Assembly: GCA_905178155.1 (NCBI GenBank)
Contig: CAJINV010000017.1
Location: forward strand, 1,356,722 to 1,420,721
DNA from: Amoebophrya sp. A120
Taxonomy: Eukaryota; Protista; Dinoflagellata
Direction of reading: 5' to 3'
Length of the DNA: 64,000 nt
Part shown: positions 33,552 to 47,200 of the stretch, one piece after another
How the letters are laid out: every line of letters starts with the position of its first letter
How positions within the stretch are numbered: the first letter of the stretch is position 1
Program-made: the position numbers and the translations under genes
The notes under the pieces: model-generated
The model's database searches: none
The model's input: only the letters and a program-made list of their open reading frames with translations
Told to the model about the DNA's origin: nothing

Positions 33552-34151
33552 CGCTTCACATACTACGCATGGCTTGACTCAGATTCATACAGCGACAGAA
33601 CTAAAGGAATTGACGATTATGCTGGGCTGTGGGTGAAAAAAGCCACCATCTAGTAAGTACTTCACAAGGACAACAAAACAGCGACTAAGATTTTCCTGAT
33701 ATTCTCGCAGTTATCGACGACGCTCATTCTATCGCCTTGCTTTCTGGGCAAGTCCTTGCCAAATCGTATTGCCACTCATCGTTCGAGTTCGAGAACAAAA
33801 ATAAAGACCACTGCGGAGCTACGCGGCTGTGCATCGGACTTTGAGAAGAGAGTTGTGAATTTCATCTCACCCTGAGGACCGACGAGCGAATGTGATTTAT
33901 TTCGTGACCTTCTTGTGATCATTATTTGGATCCGTGGCGGTTCCTCGTCTTGGTCGTGTCGTTACTTTCAGTTCGTGGTGACTCGTTGCTGCTCTACTTT
34001 TTATCGGTCGTGACATTCTGATTTCCCCTTCCACCATAGCGTAGTAGTTTACGAACAGCAGCACCACTGGTAATCGTCATCTTCCCAATCTTTACGTTTG
34101 ATTGATATTTATTTTTTCGTTTCAAGTTCCTCTGTCGACCCCAGGCCCAAA

Positions 34152-37100
34152 ATGACGACCCGTTCCGTGGAGCTGAACCGAAAAATGAACCAATGGCTAG
34201 TGAACATTCAAAAGGCAAAAAAGGAGCAGGAAGAAAGGTCAAGGTCACCCGCAGCTCCTGTATTGAACTCGCAACAACAAAACGTCGCATCAACCGGGAC
34301 AATCGATGGTGGTACTTCTGCAACGGCGGTAGTTTTGCAGCAGTCGCGCGAGGTAAAACAGCAAGGACCATCGTCCCCCGGCGTCGACGCAGTGAAGTCC
34401 CTGATGTTGAACAAAGGGCGTTTCGCCGAGGGTGAGCAAGTGCGAGAATCCGTTGAAATCGCCGGTGGCGAGGAAGATGATATGAATTTCTACCGACCAA
34501 CCGGAGCTGCGACATCATCCGTCTCTATTCGGGATTCGCGAGAATCCGAGTTTTTCTACCGCCCGACCGGCGCAACTGCATCTACTTCAGCGCCGTCGCG
34601 TAGGAGCGGATCGCTGCAAGATCAAAGCTTCTACCGACCGACTGACAGAGTGACAACTGGGGCAACATCCAGAACTTCCGACACGGCAATCAACGCCACA
34701 GACACTGCGATGAGAAAATCTAGCGCCGCGGTGGTTGCGAAGAAGGGTCTGAGCGTCAACTCCACGAAGCCGGGCAGGTACACAGAGTATGAGCAAGCGA
34801 AAGAAAAGGAGGCGGAGATGAAGAGAGCCCCCGCAGGTGATTCCCCTGGAGTAGCACGGGAACAAGACTACAATCTCGTTCTCCCGTTCGAGCAGCCGTG
34901 GAAACCGAATCTGAGGCAAACCAGAAGAAACTCCGCGAACCGGATTCTGAACATGCAGCAACGGGAGATCTTCGACAAAACGTCCACTTCCTCCGCAATC
35001 GCAACTGGAATTGTGGCTGGCTTGGATGGAAGTTCAGCATCACCTCCTGCCTCGGGAGAACTTGTTTCACCGCCGGCAGCAGCAGGAAGTGGCGCCGCCG
35101 CCGCTCTGTTCTACCAGCCAACAGCTGCACCAGGAACTACTAGCTCTGTCGCTGGTACGCTGAACTCGAAGGAAGGCGTAGGGATAGACGTAGAACAGAC
35201 TAAAAACGATGATGTTGGCGACTTGCGCAGATCGCTAGCGGACATCTTGCTTGATGTGCAGCACATGCGGTCGAGCGTGGACAAACGGAAGGAGGAGCTG
35301 AGCAACCACCGGCAATCACAACGAGCGGCTTCGCGGGCCAGCAGTCGGAGGAGGAGTGCGAACGACGAAGAGGCAGAAAGGGCGACCAGTGTGGTTGCGG
35401 TGGGGGCGAGGGGGTACAGCTTATAGATGCAGTGTGTCACCAGAAGACACATGTAAAAATGCGCATGCACGTTATATCTCATCCATCCTCCTCGATTGTC
35501 AATACTACTTTACATCAAACATCTCGCCTCCACTTCTATGTTGTTCTTGTTTTCTCAGGTACTACAGTCGCAAGGTGGAAACGCTGTTCGACCGGGTCGA
35601 TTGGGCGAAGCTTGGTCTAGCACTCAACTTATCCGACTGGCTGGGCGACTTTGTGATGCAGAGCAGCGAACGGAACCGCAAGAACAGCGTGCTGACGAGG
35701 TTGTTGTCCGCCTTCCGGACGAAACTGGTGAAAAAACTGGTGTTCGGCACGAGTACCGCGCCGGATCCGTCTGCGTCCTCCTCTTCCTCCTCGAAAAGCC
35801 TGATCAGTTTGAAGAACGCAGCGTACGAAATCGTGGAGAGAGCGCAAGTGCGGATGGTCTTGGGCGAGGAAGAAGATTTGCCAGGGCTGATGGACGAAAT
35901 AAACCTGGAGGAAAAATTTGAAAACTACGCAGCAATTGGCGGGTCCACTTCGAGCAGTTATTTCGATTACGACCGGCAGAAGCAAAACGCGATGTCCCGC
36001 TCGGTTGATTTCCTTTCCCGCTATCTTTTCGACTGCAAGGAGGCCGTGCGGCCGGTGCTGCGGGTTTCACTCCGTGCGCTGATGATGACGAGGCCATTTA
36101 CGAATGAAGAGCTGCGGAAGGTATAGAAGAAATTGAATTTGATGGCTTTCATGCGGGTGTGTTGTGTCTGATTCAGATTCTTGGTTCTAGAGTAGATAAA
36201 AGCATGATGGAAAGTGCGACGTTTTCTTCCACTCATTATGCATCATACAAAACACAACGTCAACTCCAGACGATGGGCAAGCTGCAGAGCAGTGGGGATG
36301 TTCCCTGGATATCTGACGAGCTGAGCAAAATCGCCGTCGACCGCGCGACCGGGATTCTCGAGATGGTCCGACTACATGACATTGACGGGATGACAAGCCC
36401 AAGCCCTGGTGGAGTTTCTCCGCCCGGGAAAAGCGCGGCCAACATGCTCCAGTCTAGAGCCGAAATCCGGAAATTCGTTCCAGATTTCCCGGAAAGAGGA
36501 GAGGGTGGAGATGCTACCGCTAGCAACGCCGGCTCTCTGCAGTACTTCGAAGACTACGCCGCAGAGCTCAAAGCAGCCGCCGAAGCGGTGAAGGCGGACC
36601 CAAAACTGCAGGAGCAGATGTGCAACTCCCCAACAAATGTTCGTGGGTCGTACATCGAGACTCTCCGGGAGCAACTGAGAAACGAGCAAAACCTGAAAGA
36701 GGAGAAGGAACGGAAGCAGAGCAAACTCACCCTGTCCGCGGAGGATGAGCAAGAAGCTTTGGATGCGGAGGTTCGGAAGAGAAGCAAGAACTACGAGTAC
36801 CGACGATCGTTTGAAGAGAAGGTCGCGGAATTCTACCTGGAAAAGATGCATCTGCGGGAGCCGGTACCACGATCAGCCAGCCGGTCAAATTACCGGTCGA
36901 AGTCGACGGAAAGAGGCGGTGGTGGGGGTGGACCTCTTTCAACCCGGAGCTCCAAACAGTCGTCGGCTTTCGGGATGAACAATCCGAAGAGCCCCCCGGC
37001 GGACACTGCCGAACTGTTTGGGAAGTTTTCCCTCGAAGATCTCCTCGCTACGAAGCAAGTTGAGGACGACGAAGTGTTGAACCTCGCCGCAGAAGACAAA

Positions 37101-40100
37101 ATCCGGTTCGTCAGTCGGTTCGGGCTGGCGTTAGTCCGGGGGGAGAAAACGGGGAAGATGAAACAACAACAAGCGAACGAGGAAGCAAACGCGAACACCT
37201 CCTCTGGAGGTCAAGGAAATCAATCTCAAACTACCCGGCGCATTACGACCGGCATAGCGGATGAGCTGTTTGACAATTTTTGGAACAACCCGGAGCAGTG
37301 GGCGTTTTTGGAAAAGGTCCGGTCCGCCGGCGCAGACGCACTGCAGCACATGTTGCAGGGATTTCTCGTGTCCGTCGACCTACCGGAAGACATCGTTGAC
37401 ATCCAGCACAGTAACGAACTCTCGAAATTTTTCAAAAAGTTCCAAGCGACCATGCCGCGGAGGGGGCACAGTACGGAGATGCTGAAAAAGCACTTTGTGA
37501 ACAACAGAAAGTTCGGCACGTCGCAATCGCCGAGCACAGGGAATAGGAATATTAGCAAATCCCGGAGCCCGAACCGCACCGCAAACCAGAAAACACTCCA
37601 GGATTTATCCGGATCGAGTAAAGATTTCAAAAACACAGACGTGCGGTTCCAAGTGTTGTCGCCCAGACGCCAGAACCGCTTTGAAAGTCGAGAAGACGAC
37701 TTCGAATTTTCGCTCCGGTCCGCGACGAACAAGAATATTTTGCAGCGCGTGCAACTCCCGGTGAAACACGGATCGAGTGACTCTCACCCGGAGATCGCCA
37801 GTCAGAAGTTGATTGACCGGATTCAGCAGTTGCGCTTGGAAGAAAGTAAGAAGATCAAGATCGGCAGTGCCCACGAAGCTTCAAACGAGAGACAGGTCCT
37901 GGCTGCGGAGGCGCAGGCGCTGCTGGCGCTGGCGACGGGCGGGAAGGAGGGAGGGCCGCGGCGGGCGCTGAACAAGCCGTCGAGCAGCGCAGTAGGAAAT
38001 ACGTCTTCACCGGAGAAGAAAAAGAAGGAATCGAAACCCGGGGCAGCAGCGAGGGATCTGATTGCACGATTGAGGGCACAGTTGAAAACGAGTGATGGTG
38101 CTGCCGCAGGAGTGAAGTCTTCAGATCCGGGGAACGCCACCCGTGTGCAGCCGGACAATGACCCAAAAGCGATCGTCGACAAGAGCAAGGCTCTTGCGGG
38201 TGCAACAAAAAATGAAGCAGCCGCAGCTGCTTCCACGTTGGCTTTTCACGGTGACGCACTAACACAGGAAGGCCCGCACCCGGACACGCCTTCGGAGGAC
38301 AGCTTGCTGAGTGATGAGGAACTGCAAGAAGACGACGAGGATTTGCTAGATGAAATAGGAACGACCAAAGCTTCTCCCACGGCCAAGCGGGCAGCCAAAC
38401 AGGAGCGGAGGAAGAAGCATTTGGAGAGGAACATGCAGCAAATAACGGCAAAACGCGACCCGAACAAGCCTCCGACTGTTCTCGACACCGAAGTCGTGTT
38501 TCCGAAATTTCCTGAGAATCAATCGAAATTAGAGGATGACGACGAGTTCTACAGCCACACCAGGCGCAAGTACAAAAACCGATTTGGCCGGGACGGGACC
38601 ACGTTCGAGCAGTGGCTGAAAGAGGAGTTGGGAAGAACGTCAGCCAGGCCAGGGACAGGAACTAGAAGCACAGTTTCGTACAACTACACCATGAAATCCT
38701 CGGGAAACAAGAAAGGAGCTCGTGGTCCACAAGCTGGTAATTACGTTGCAACAACAAGAACTCAACCCATAATTTCCGTTCCCGTTCCGCCCGAGCCGCC
38801 AGGGGCCCTCGCAACTACAAGCGATAGGGAACTTTTGGAAGATGAAGCGACCAGCTACAACTTCTACGATGAACAATATCGCATCATTCCGGACCCCACG
38901 TCCTCTGGAAACGGCTTGGGTGCTGGAGCCGACTCTTCTACAATGACCTCTCAGCAGTTTCGCACTTTGCGCAAGAAAACGACGTCGTCCAGTGTGAGCA
39001 GCTCTGCAGGATTTTTTCCGACGCAACTACAGCAGGTCCCGCCTCTGATGCCGATGCTGAAAAAGACACATGGTAATAGCGGACAAGGGCAAGACGTTCT
39101 GTCCACCGACATGAAGATTCCGCTGCTCAGCTTGATCTCCGAGGAGCCAGGATCGTCTGCCAGCGGTGGCGGACAAGGAGAACAGCTACTATCCACGACT
39201 GCAGCCGCTGCGGCAAATCTGCAAAGAGCCTCCACTTTTGGCTCGCTGTACCCCAGTGGGCAGATCGAGAGTGTTATGTCCGGGGACGTGGCCGCGCTGC
39301 ATGATGTTTACGACATAACCTACGAGTTGGAGGCGAGGATACGAGCACGCGCAGCTATGAAGAGCAACAAAATTTCTACCGAGGCAGCAGCTGGTACTTC
39401 TGCTACTCTTGGCGTTGCTGCTGCATCTACTTCTTCTGCGCCACCATTACAACCGGGATCAGACGAGGTTGCTGCTTCTAGCGCGCAAAATCAAAAATCA
39501 GCCACTGAGGATCATCATGAGCAGGACGAATCAGAAATTCTCGGTGGCAGTGTGGATCTGAACGTGACAGAACCTGGCTCACCGTTGACGCCACGGCTAA
39601 ACCGAAACGGGCTTCTTGACAGCGCCGTTCGTCGAGTAGTTCCTTTTCCGGGGGCGGTTGCACCTGCAGGAGCTTCTTCGTCACCACTAGCAGCAACGCA
39701 AGACATCGATGAAATGTTGCGACAGGCGCAGAAGAGACTACGGGAGAAGGGCGTGGGCACGAATACTAGCTTCGAGGAAGAGTTGTTGCAACGCGTTGAC
39801 CCGGACCATGCACACCGCTCGTCTATAGAGGACATCACATCTTCCGAACATCAAGACATACAGGAAGCACAAACTCAGGCTCACCCCCTCCGCGCCGCCG
39901 CGCTAGCGACGGCCTTTGGCCAGAAGTTCCAAACCCCGGAAGCGCTGATTGATACGATGTTCTCCCAGAGGCAAGAGATTCTGGAACGGGTGAGGAGTGA
40001 GAAGAAGCGACAAGCAGAGCAGGTGGCGCAGGGGCAGAGGGTGAGTAGGAGTAGCGGCGCTGAGGGTGATGGTGGTGAAGAAGATCAAGACGTTGACGCG

Positions 40101-40232
40101 GAGGACCGCAAGCCGTTGGCCGTCGGCACGGACCAGAAATTGTTCGGACAGGTCGGAAGGATTTTGCGGGATCGCGCGCTGGCGAAAAGCGTGCGCGAGT
40201 TGACGGCGCATTTGGACCTTTTTGAGCAGTAA
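34152..40232 (+). CDS. Large hypothetical coiled-coil/low-complexity protein, about 1928 aa; exons 34152-35413, 35559-36120, 36270-40232
   Basis: Three ORFs are joined in frame by GT-AG introns 35414-35558 and 36121-36269. Confidence 0.75.
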
Positions 40233-41277
40233 GGGTCGTTGGTTCTTGCAGCGACGTAGAAGATGTGAAAAGTGTCGCGTTGTGTTCTGCTTCGAAAAAG
40301 AAGAAGCAATGAAGATAAACTACTGCGAGAATAAAGTACATCAGAACTACTTCAGAATTGAGATGCCCAGCACTTGGTCGCGTCTCATCGCAGCGCGGTT
40401 GCGGCATCTTCACCTCCAAGAGAATACTAGAGAATTTTGCTTGATATCAATGGTGTGCGACTACAAAGAGATGGAGCACAAAAGCAGTATAATAGCAGGA
40501 ACAAATGCAAAGGCAAGCTGGCTGGAAGATATCGAAAGATTGCTGTGAAGTAGCAACAAGTCCAGTCGTTGGCTCCTGTGCCCCGGCTTGTTTGGTTCAT
40601 CTCGAATAATTTCTCCTTGCTGACAGTTTGCCTTGTACTTCTTACCGTCATGTTATCAGCATCAATCTTGTGGGTGGTCTGGGAGTGGTTGTCATTCTCT
40701 CACTTGGTTAAGTGGACGAGGTCGCGACGTGCTCTCAAGCGATGTGTCAATTGTCAAGATGAGGAGAAGGACGAGAACCTTGTAGAGCTGCTGATGTTCT
40801 TCAGTCGCGTGAAAGAGTATTATTGAAAGATACGGTTTTGTATTTTGGTTGTGTCAAGCAGCTGTGCCAGAACTACGGTAAGACCCCAGAAATGCTCGTC
40901 CTGCTTGTTTAGCGATTTCATCCACTGTTTGCAAATTAAGAGTAGGTTTTCTTCTCGGCGCACACACAACATCTTTCTACCTTCGAAAGGACCACGAACA
41001 AGAAGTACACCGATGAAGTCTTTCCAAGAAGTTTATTTCCAGAGCGTCAGAGAGTCTCAATGGATCCGAAGTTACAACGCTGCACTGGAGCTACACAAAC
41101 GATTAACCGAACATGAAAGTGCCAAGCCAAGCGAAAGGAAAATGGACCTGCCTCCCGCCAGGTCACGACTAACAAGGCTGCAGCATGACAAGCGCAGGAC
41201 TTCTGTCTAGCAGCGTCGTTCTTGTTCTTCCTGTGACCGTCCGTGTCCGAGGACCACCACCGTGAACCGTCCGTAAG

Positions 41278-44200
41278 ATGTCAATGTCCGCTCCGCGCAT
41301 ACCTCGCAGCGAACAGCGGCTGCTGCGCTCGCACCTCTCGTCGTCTCGCCGTGGTGGTCGCGGAAAGCGGGAGCAAGAAAATGAAAATTTTGAAGAACAA
41401 CAGCATCAAGAAAACCTCGATGGAAATTCCGCCAGCAAGCGGCGCGTGCGGAGCCGAAGTCGGACGCGCACGCGAGTTAGCTTGGTTAACAACAATCAAA
41501 ATCCAGGAACAGCATTGGTAAATTTGGATCAACAGAATCTTCAAAACCAGGAAGCTCTCCGCCGGTACTACCAGCAGCTCGACAGGATGCAGAATCCATC
41601 TCCCTACCCGCGGATCGTATTTCATTTCGCTGAAAAAGTCGAGGGTCCGTGGCGGTCGCTTTGGCTAGCGGCACACTGGGAGAAGAGATTGAAAAAAACC
41701 GACTACATGCAGGCTGATGTGAATGAGGTAGAGTCTTGCATTCTTGCAGCACTTGACGATCTGATCTGGCGTCGTAGCATTGATAGCGCAAGGCACCGCC
41801 GTCCCTTCACTCAACATTCTGCATGTTGATAGATAACATCAAACTAAACTACAATAAACATACGTTTCAGATTGTCGACGATATCCTGCAGACGCGATCT
41901 GAGCTCACGCTCCGGCAGCATGGGCATCTCCTTCTGGGCGCGACCCGGGTATTGGCGCGGAAAGTCACCTACCAAGAACAGCAGCTCGCCGCGTTTGCCG
42001 ATCAAATCCAAGCCTCGTTGGAGGAGCCGGAGGAAGAAATATTGGATGACCTAGCGCAGGATCCCGATGCCATAACGCTTAACGTAGGAGGCGGGGCGGG
42101 AGGACGGGGGAATTGGCTGAGAGACGACTTTGAATTTGTCGAGCAGCAAGCGAAGTGGGAGGAGATCACGGTATGTGAAGTGATAGATTTTTTGTGATAG
42201 TGTGCAATGCAATAAAAACAAAATTTTGAAATTTCGCGGATTTTCGAAATGACTAAAAATGAAATTTTGAAATTTCGCGGACGTAATGAATTTCGTTGAA
42301 ATTGCATGTGTGGTGTATTTCGTTCTTGTTAATTGACCACATAGTGGAAAAAAAATAAAATTTTGAAATTCCGAGAATTCTTGAAATTCTTGGAACTGCG
42401 AAAAGATCTATATCAGGAAAGCACGCCTGCATTCCTATCTTTGTAGGTGTGTGGTTCTGCCACATGCAATTACATACTTCCAACATGCATCTTTCTAACA
42501 TGTACCAGCGCCGCTCTTTCAGTATGGGTTTTGCTTGAATTTGCTTCGTATAAAAATAAAATTTTGATTTTTCGCGGATGTACCAGGAGGCCAGAACGGG
42601 ATGCGCAGCTTTTTGAAGCGGCAAAATCGACCATAGCGTGCAGGGGCGGATCGGGCGGACACCTGAAAAGGAGTCGTCGGGGGACCTCGGTGGCCGCCTC
42701 CTGGCGCCGCAGCTTTTTGAAGCCGCAAAATCGACCATAGCGTGCGGGGGCGGATCGTGCAGGCATCTGAAAGAGAGTCGCCTGGGGACGTCGATGGCCG
42801 CCTCCGGGCGCTGCAGCTTTTTGAAGCCGCAAAATCGACCATAGCGTGCGGGGGCGGATCGTGCAGGCACCTGAACGAGAGTCACATGAGGACGTCGATG
42901 GCCGCCTCCGGGCACCGCAGCTTTTTGAAGCCGCAAAATCGACCATAGCGTGCGGGGGCGGATCGTGCAGGCACCTGAAAGAGAGTCGCCTGGGGACGTT
43001 GATGGCCGCCTCCGGGCGCCGCAGCTTTTTGACGCCGCAAAATCGACCATAGCGTGCGGGGGCGGATCGTGCAGGCACCTGAAAGAGAGTCACCTGGGGA
43101 CGTCGATGGCCGCCTCCGGGCGCCGCAGCTTTTTGAAGCCGCAAAACCGACCATAGCGTGCGGGGGCGGATCGTGCAGGCACCTGAAAGAGAGTCGCCTG
43201 GGGACGTCGATGGCCGCCTCCGGGCACCGCAGCTTTTTGAAGCTGCAAAATCGACCATGGCGCGCGGGGGCGGATCGTGCAGACACGTGAAAAAGAGCCG
43301 CTTGGGGACGTCGACGGCCGCCTTCGGGCGCCGCAGCTTTTTGAAGCTGCAAAATCGACCATAGCGTGCGGGGGCGGATCGTGCAGGCACCTGAAAGAGA
43401 GACGCTTGGGGAGCTCGGTGGCTGCCTCCAAAGGCCGCAATTTTTTGAAGCTGCAAAACCGACCATAGCGCGTGGGGACGGATCGTGCAAGCACCTGAAA
43501 AAGAGTTGCTGGGGAGCCTCCGGGACCGCCTCATAAGGCGGCGAGCAGCTTTTTGAAGCTGCAAAATCGCCCATAGCCTGCGGGGGCGGATCGTGCAGCC
43601 ACGGGAAAGCTCCGCACGGTCTTCTCTAGGTCCAGCCGCCTTTTGAAGCCGCAATACCCGTTATGTACGGCGTGCAAGGGCGGACCGCGCAGCCATCGGC
43701 GAACCCGCAGGAAAGTTTAGAAATTTTACTCGACAAGCTGTGTCAAATCCAAATGCAAAAACGATGCTGCCATCCGATCATGCATCATGAAACACTTCTG
43801 AAACATCAGCTCGCCGTCTCTCCGCTGCAGAAGAGGCGAAAGCTGGTGCCCCAGACCCCGGATGAGCTGATGAAGGAAGTTTCTGACGGATTCGGCCCCG
43901 CCACGCCCCAAGAGATAGCAAGTACAGAAGAACGAGGACCAACATCATTTCTACACTTGGTGCTTCCGTTCTTGTCTGTTTTGATACTTACCTTGTTTGT
44001 TGTCGATGACGTTTCTATGTGGGATAAACACAATCTAAATCTATCTGATGGTGATACATCGGCTCCACATAACCAGGTTTCATTTTCCTCCAAAATTCCG
44101 CCGCGCGATCGGAAGAGCTGTTGGAGCAGCAGAGAGAAGATCCGGACATGCGGTTGAATCCGGTGGATTTTGACATGTTCTCTCCCGCGTTTGTTCCCAC

Positions 44201-47200
44201 GCCCATGAAAAGCAAGGCGATCGCGCAGCAACAGTACGACAAAGCGTCCACTTCCGGAGCCGGACGAGCAGAAAATGCTGCACCCATGGCCGCGCAGACG
44301 CCGATTTTTGGAAGCCGTGGAGGTGCGGTTTTCAACGATGAGAATCTGTTTTTTTCTGCGGGAAGACCAAACGGAGATCTTCCTGTCCATCAAGAAGAGG
44401 AAAACTTGCTGAGCCTTTCACGCTTGAGCATGAGCTCTATCAAGCCGGCCGCGTCGCAGTCATTTCTCGGCGGAAGTGTTGGAAGAAGGGATCATTTTGC
44501 TGCTGGAGCAGGAGACGATATTTTCGGCGACGCGGGCCACGACGCTCCTGCAGCAGCACAAGGGGGAGCAAAGAGTCCGAGCATCAAGCTGGATAACAAC
44601 TACAGCTTTCAAAGCGACCCGCTCGCCGCACTCAGGCTACAACCGCAGCTGTCTGGGATGCTACAAGCAGACGGCGTGGCAAAAAGCAGCAATCTATTGG
44701 AACAAGACAGGGATCTCCTCGATATAGACGACAATGTGCTCACCAACCGCTCGGTTGCGGTGGACGAGGAATTTTTCAGCAGTTTGTCCCCCGTCGACCA
44801 GGGGATCTTGATTGAACATTTGCAAAAGAGCGGGGATCTGCTGTCCGCGGCGCATCTCGAGAATCAGATCATTACGATGTCGGCAATAAACAGGTCGGAT
44901 ATCGATATGGTGATCACGGGGGACGACGAGGGAAGAGTAGGAGAAGGAGCCCAGAAGCAGCGGCAGACCGGTGACGTTCCCGCTCGTACAGGACACCTCC
45001 ATGGTCCAGTATCATCGTCAGGAGTGGAAGGACTCGCCGGTGTGGACGGGGGTGTCGATGGCGCAGCAAGGACGACGTACTTATTCTTCGAAGAGGTCTT
45101 CTGGAAGGAGATGTGGATGTCTTTAGATAGAATTTTATTTGCTTTGAGCGAACACCGAGCCAAAAGAACTTTCTTGCAGACTACTTTGTACCTACGTGGT
45201 CCAGAAATCAAAGCAAAAATTTTTATCTTTCACAGGGGAGGTCATGAAATCGATAATGCAGCCGACGCCATGCAAATTCAGCGAGCAAACGAGCCAGCGA
45301 CCCCGGCCTTCGAGGCCACTGCCGGCGACAAAGCAGGCCCGCTCGACGTCAACATCGTCGCGTCGCCGAATAGCGCTAGCGGTCCTGAAGTTTTGGATCA
45401 ACAAGTAGGAGCAGGCCCACGAGCATCGCACCTCCAGGGTATGATGCTCCTCGACCCCGCAAAAATCCATGCGAGAAACAAGGCTTCGAACGACAGTAGT
45501 TCATCTCAACACGACCAGGACATGTCGATGCAGATGCTTCGGGACGGTAGTGCTAGACCCGACATCCAAATGTCCGCGTTTCGTCGCGGTGGAGCGAACC
45601 TCTTGCGGGGCAACATGATGGTGCAGCAATCCGCTCTGCGCGGCAGCGCTGTTGCAAACGCGGATGACGTAAGCGACCTGTTGCAGGGCGTCAACCTGAG
45701 CCAAGAAATTCAGTTCAACGACGGCCTACTGATGCACCAGCTACAGGACGGGGGAATGGGAAACAAGAGCAAGCGGGATTCCAGCAAAATCGAGCTAGAC
45801 GACCCCGTGTTCGAGCAAGGGCATGACAGTCTGCAGTTCGACGAGCCGGTGTTTGCGGAGGATGCTGTTGTTGACGAAAATCAAAAGGACGACAGTAGAG
45901 AGCGAGCGTCTGCTCCTCGACGACCGCTCGCAGGAAACCACGAGAGCAAAGAAGTGACTCCACCCGGTGCTGTTGCCGCCGCAAGCGATGACGAAGAGCG
46001 ACTGAAATTGACGCCGCTTGAGGTACTACTTGGATTTACGAATAATGATGAGCACAAGAACTACCTTAGGCGTAGATCTGTGGTGGTTTCTGTCGACAAC
46101 GTGGTGATCTCAACATGCATCAGAGACTGCTGGTGACCTCGAGCTCAACACGTATTTTATCGCCCGTTGTGGATTCAGAATTTATTTGAATTGCACCTCA
46201 GGTATCCATCCTCGCGAGTCGTAGTCTTTCCGCGATGGAGAAGCGTGCTTACCTATCCGGCATCAGAACCCCGCGCTCCGTTGCGCGTAGCTCGGCAGTG
46301 GGAAGAAATCGACGGGGCAGTATCTCCGCGTCTCCCGATAGTAAAGGCAAAGAGTCCAGCGGGGACTTCCGGGGGTTCGGACGGGGAAATTTGGACAACT
46401 ACCAGGTGGACGACCGGAGGAGAAGGAAGATTTTGGAAAACTTGGAGCGACACAACCAGCTTGCGAGAAATCCTAACGATCTTTACGGCGAGAACAAGCA
46501 CGACTACCAGTACGGAGCCGGTACAACAATAGAGGCTCCGACCACGCCCTTGCCCGCGCCAAACAAACTGGATTTTCTGCTGGCCAGGAGCGCGTCGCAG
46601 CGTGAGATGGTGGTCGGGGATGAGTTCTTTGATCTGGGAGGTGTTTTCAACAGTGCGAAAAGAGGCAGGGTGAATGTTGAAAGCCCGCCCATGGTCTTCA
46701 CTCCCGGAGGTGGAAGGTCACACGGAATACGCAACAAGGACAATGTAATGAGTTACTTCCGACCGGCCGCGGCCCGTGGTCCAGACGGCACGCCCTCCTC
46801 CATCCTGGAGCGCAGCGAAAGTCGGTTGCGGTTGAATCCCGACCCGTTTTCCGCGATGGACGACGACGACGGAGATCTTTTTCGCAACAGCTCCATGAAC
46901 TCCCTAACGCCCGGGGCCGTTCCGTTCGACTTTCGTCCAGGCGAGATGAACTCGCAGTCGCTGCCCCCGGTAAACTTCAACTCCACACAGGCATCCGAAA
47001 TTGACCTTGCTGAGGGTGGAGATGCTGCAGGCGCGTTTTCAATTCACGGGGAAGATCAGGGCTTTGCTGCGGGTGTGCTGGCGGGCGGAGGCGACTTTTG
47101 CGACGACTTTGAAGCTGGTGCCGGGGGAAATGTTGACGAAGACCGCCTCAGCACCGGTAGAAGTAGCTTCGGGTTGAAATTCAACTTCAAGGATCCGGCA

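Noticed and set aside
42253-43654. Long repetitive ORFs on both strands (up to 394 aa), and a CRISPR-like look
   Set aside because: By-products of the 104-bp GC-rich tandem array. The period is not a multiple of 3, there are no unique spacers, and the array lies in an intron.
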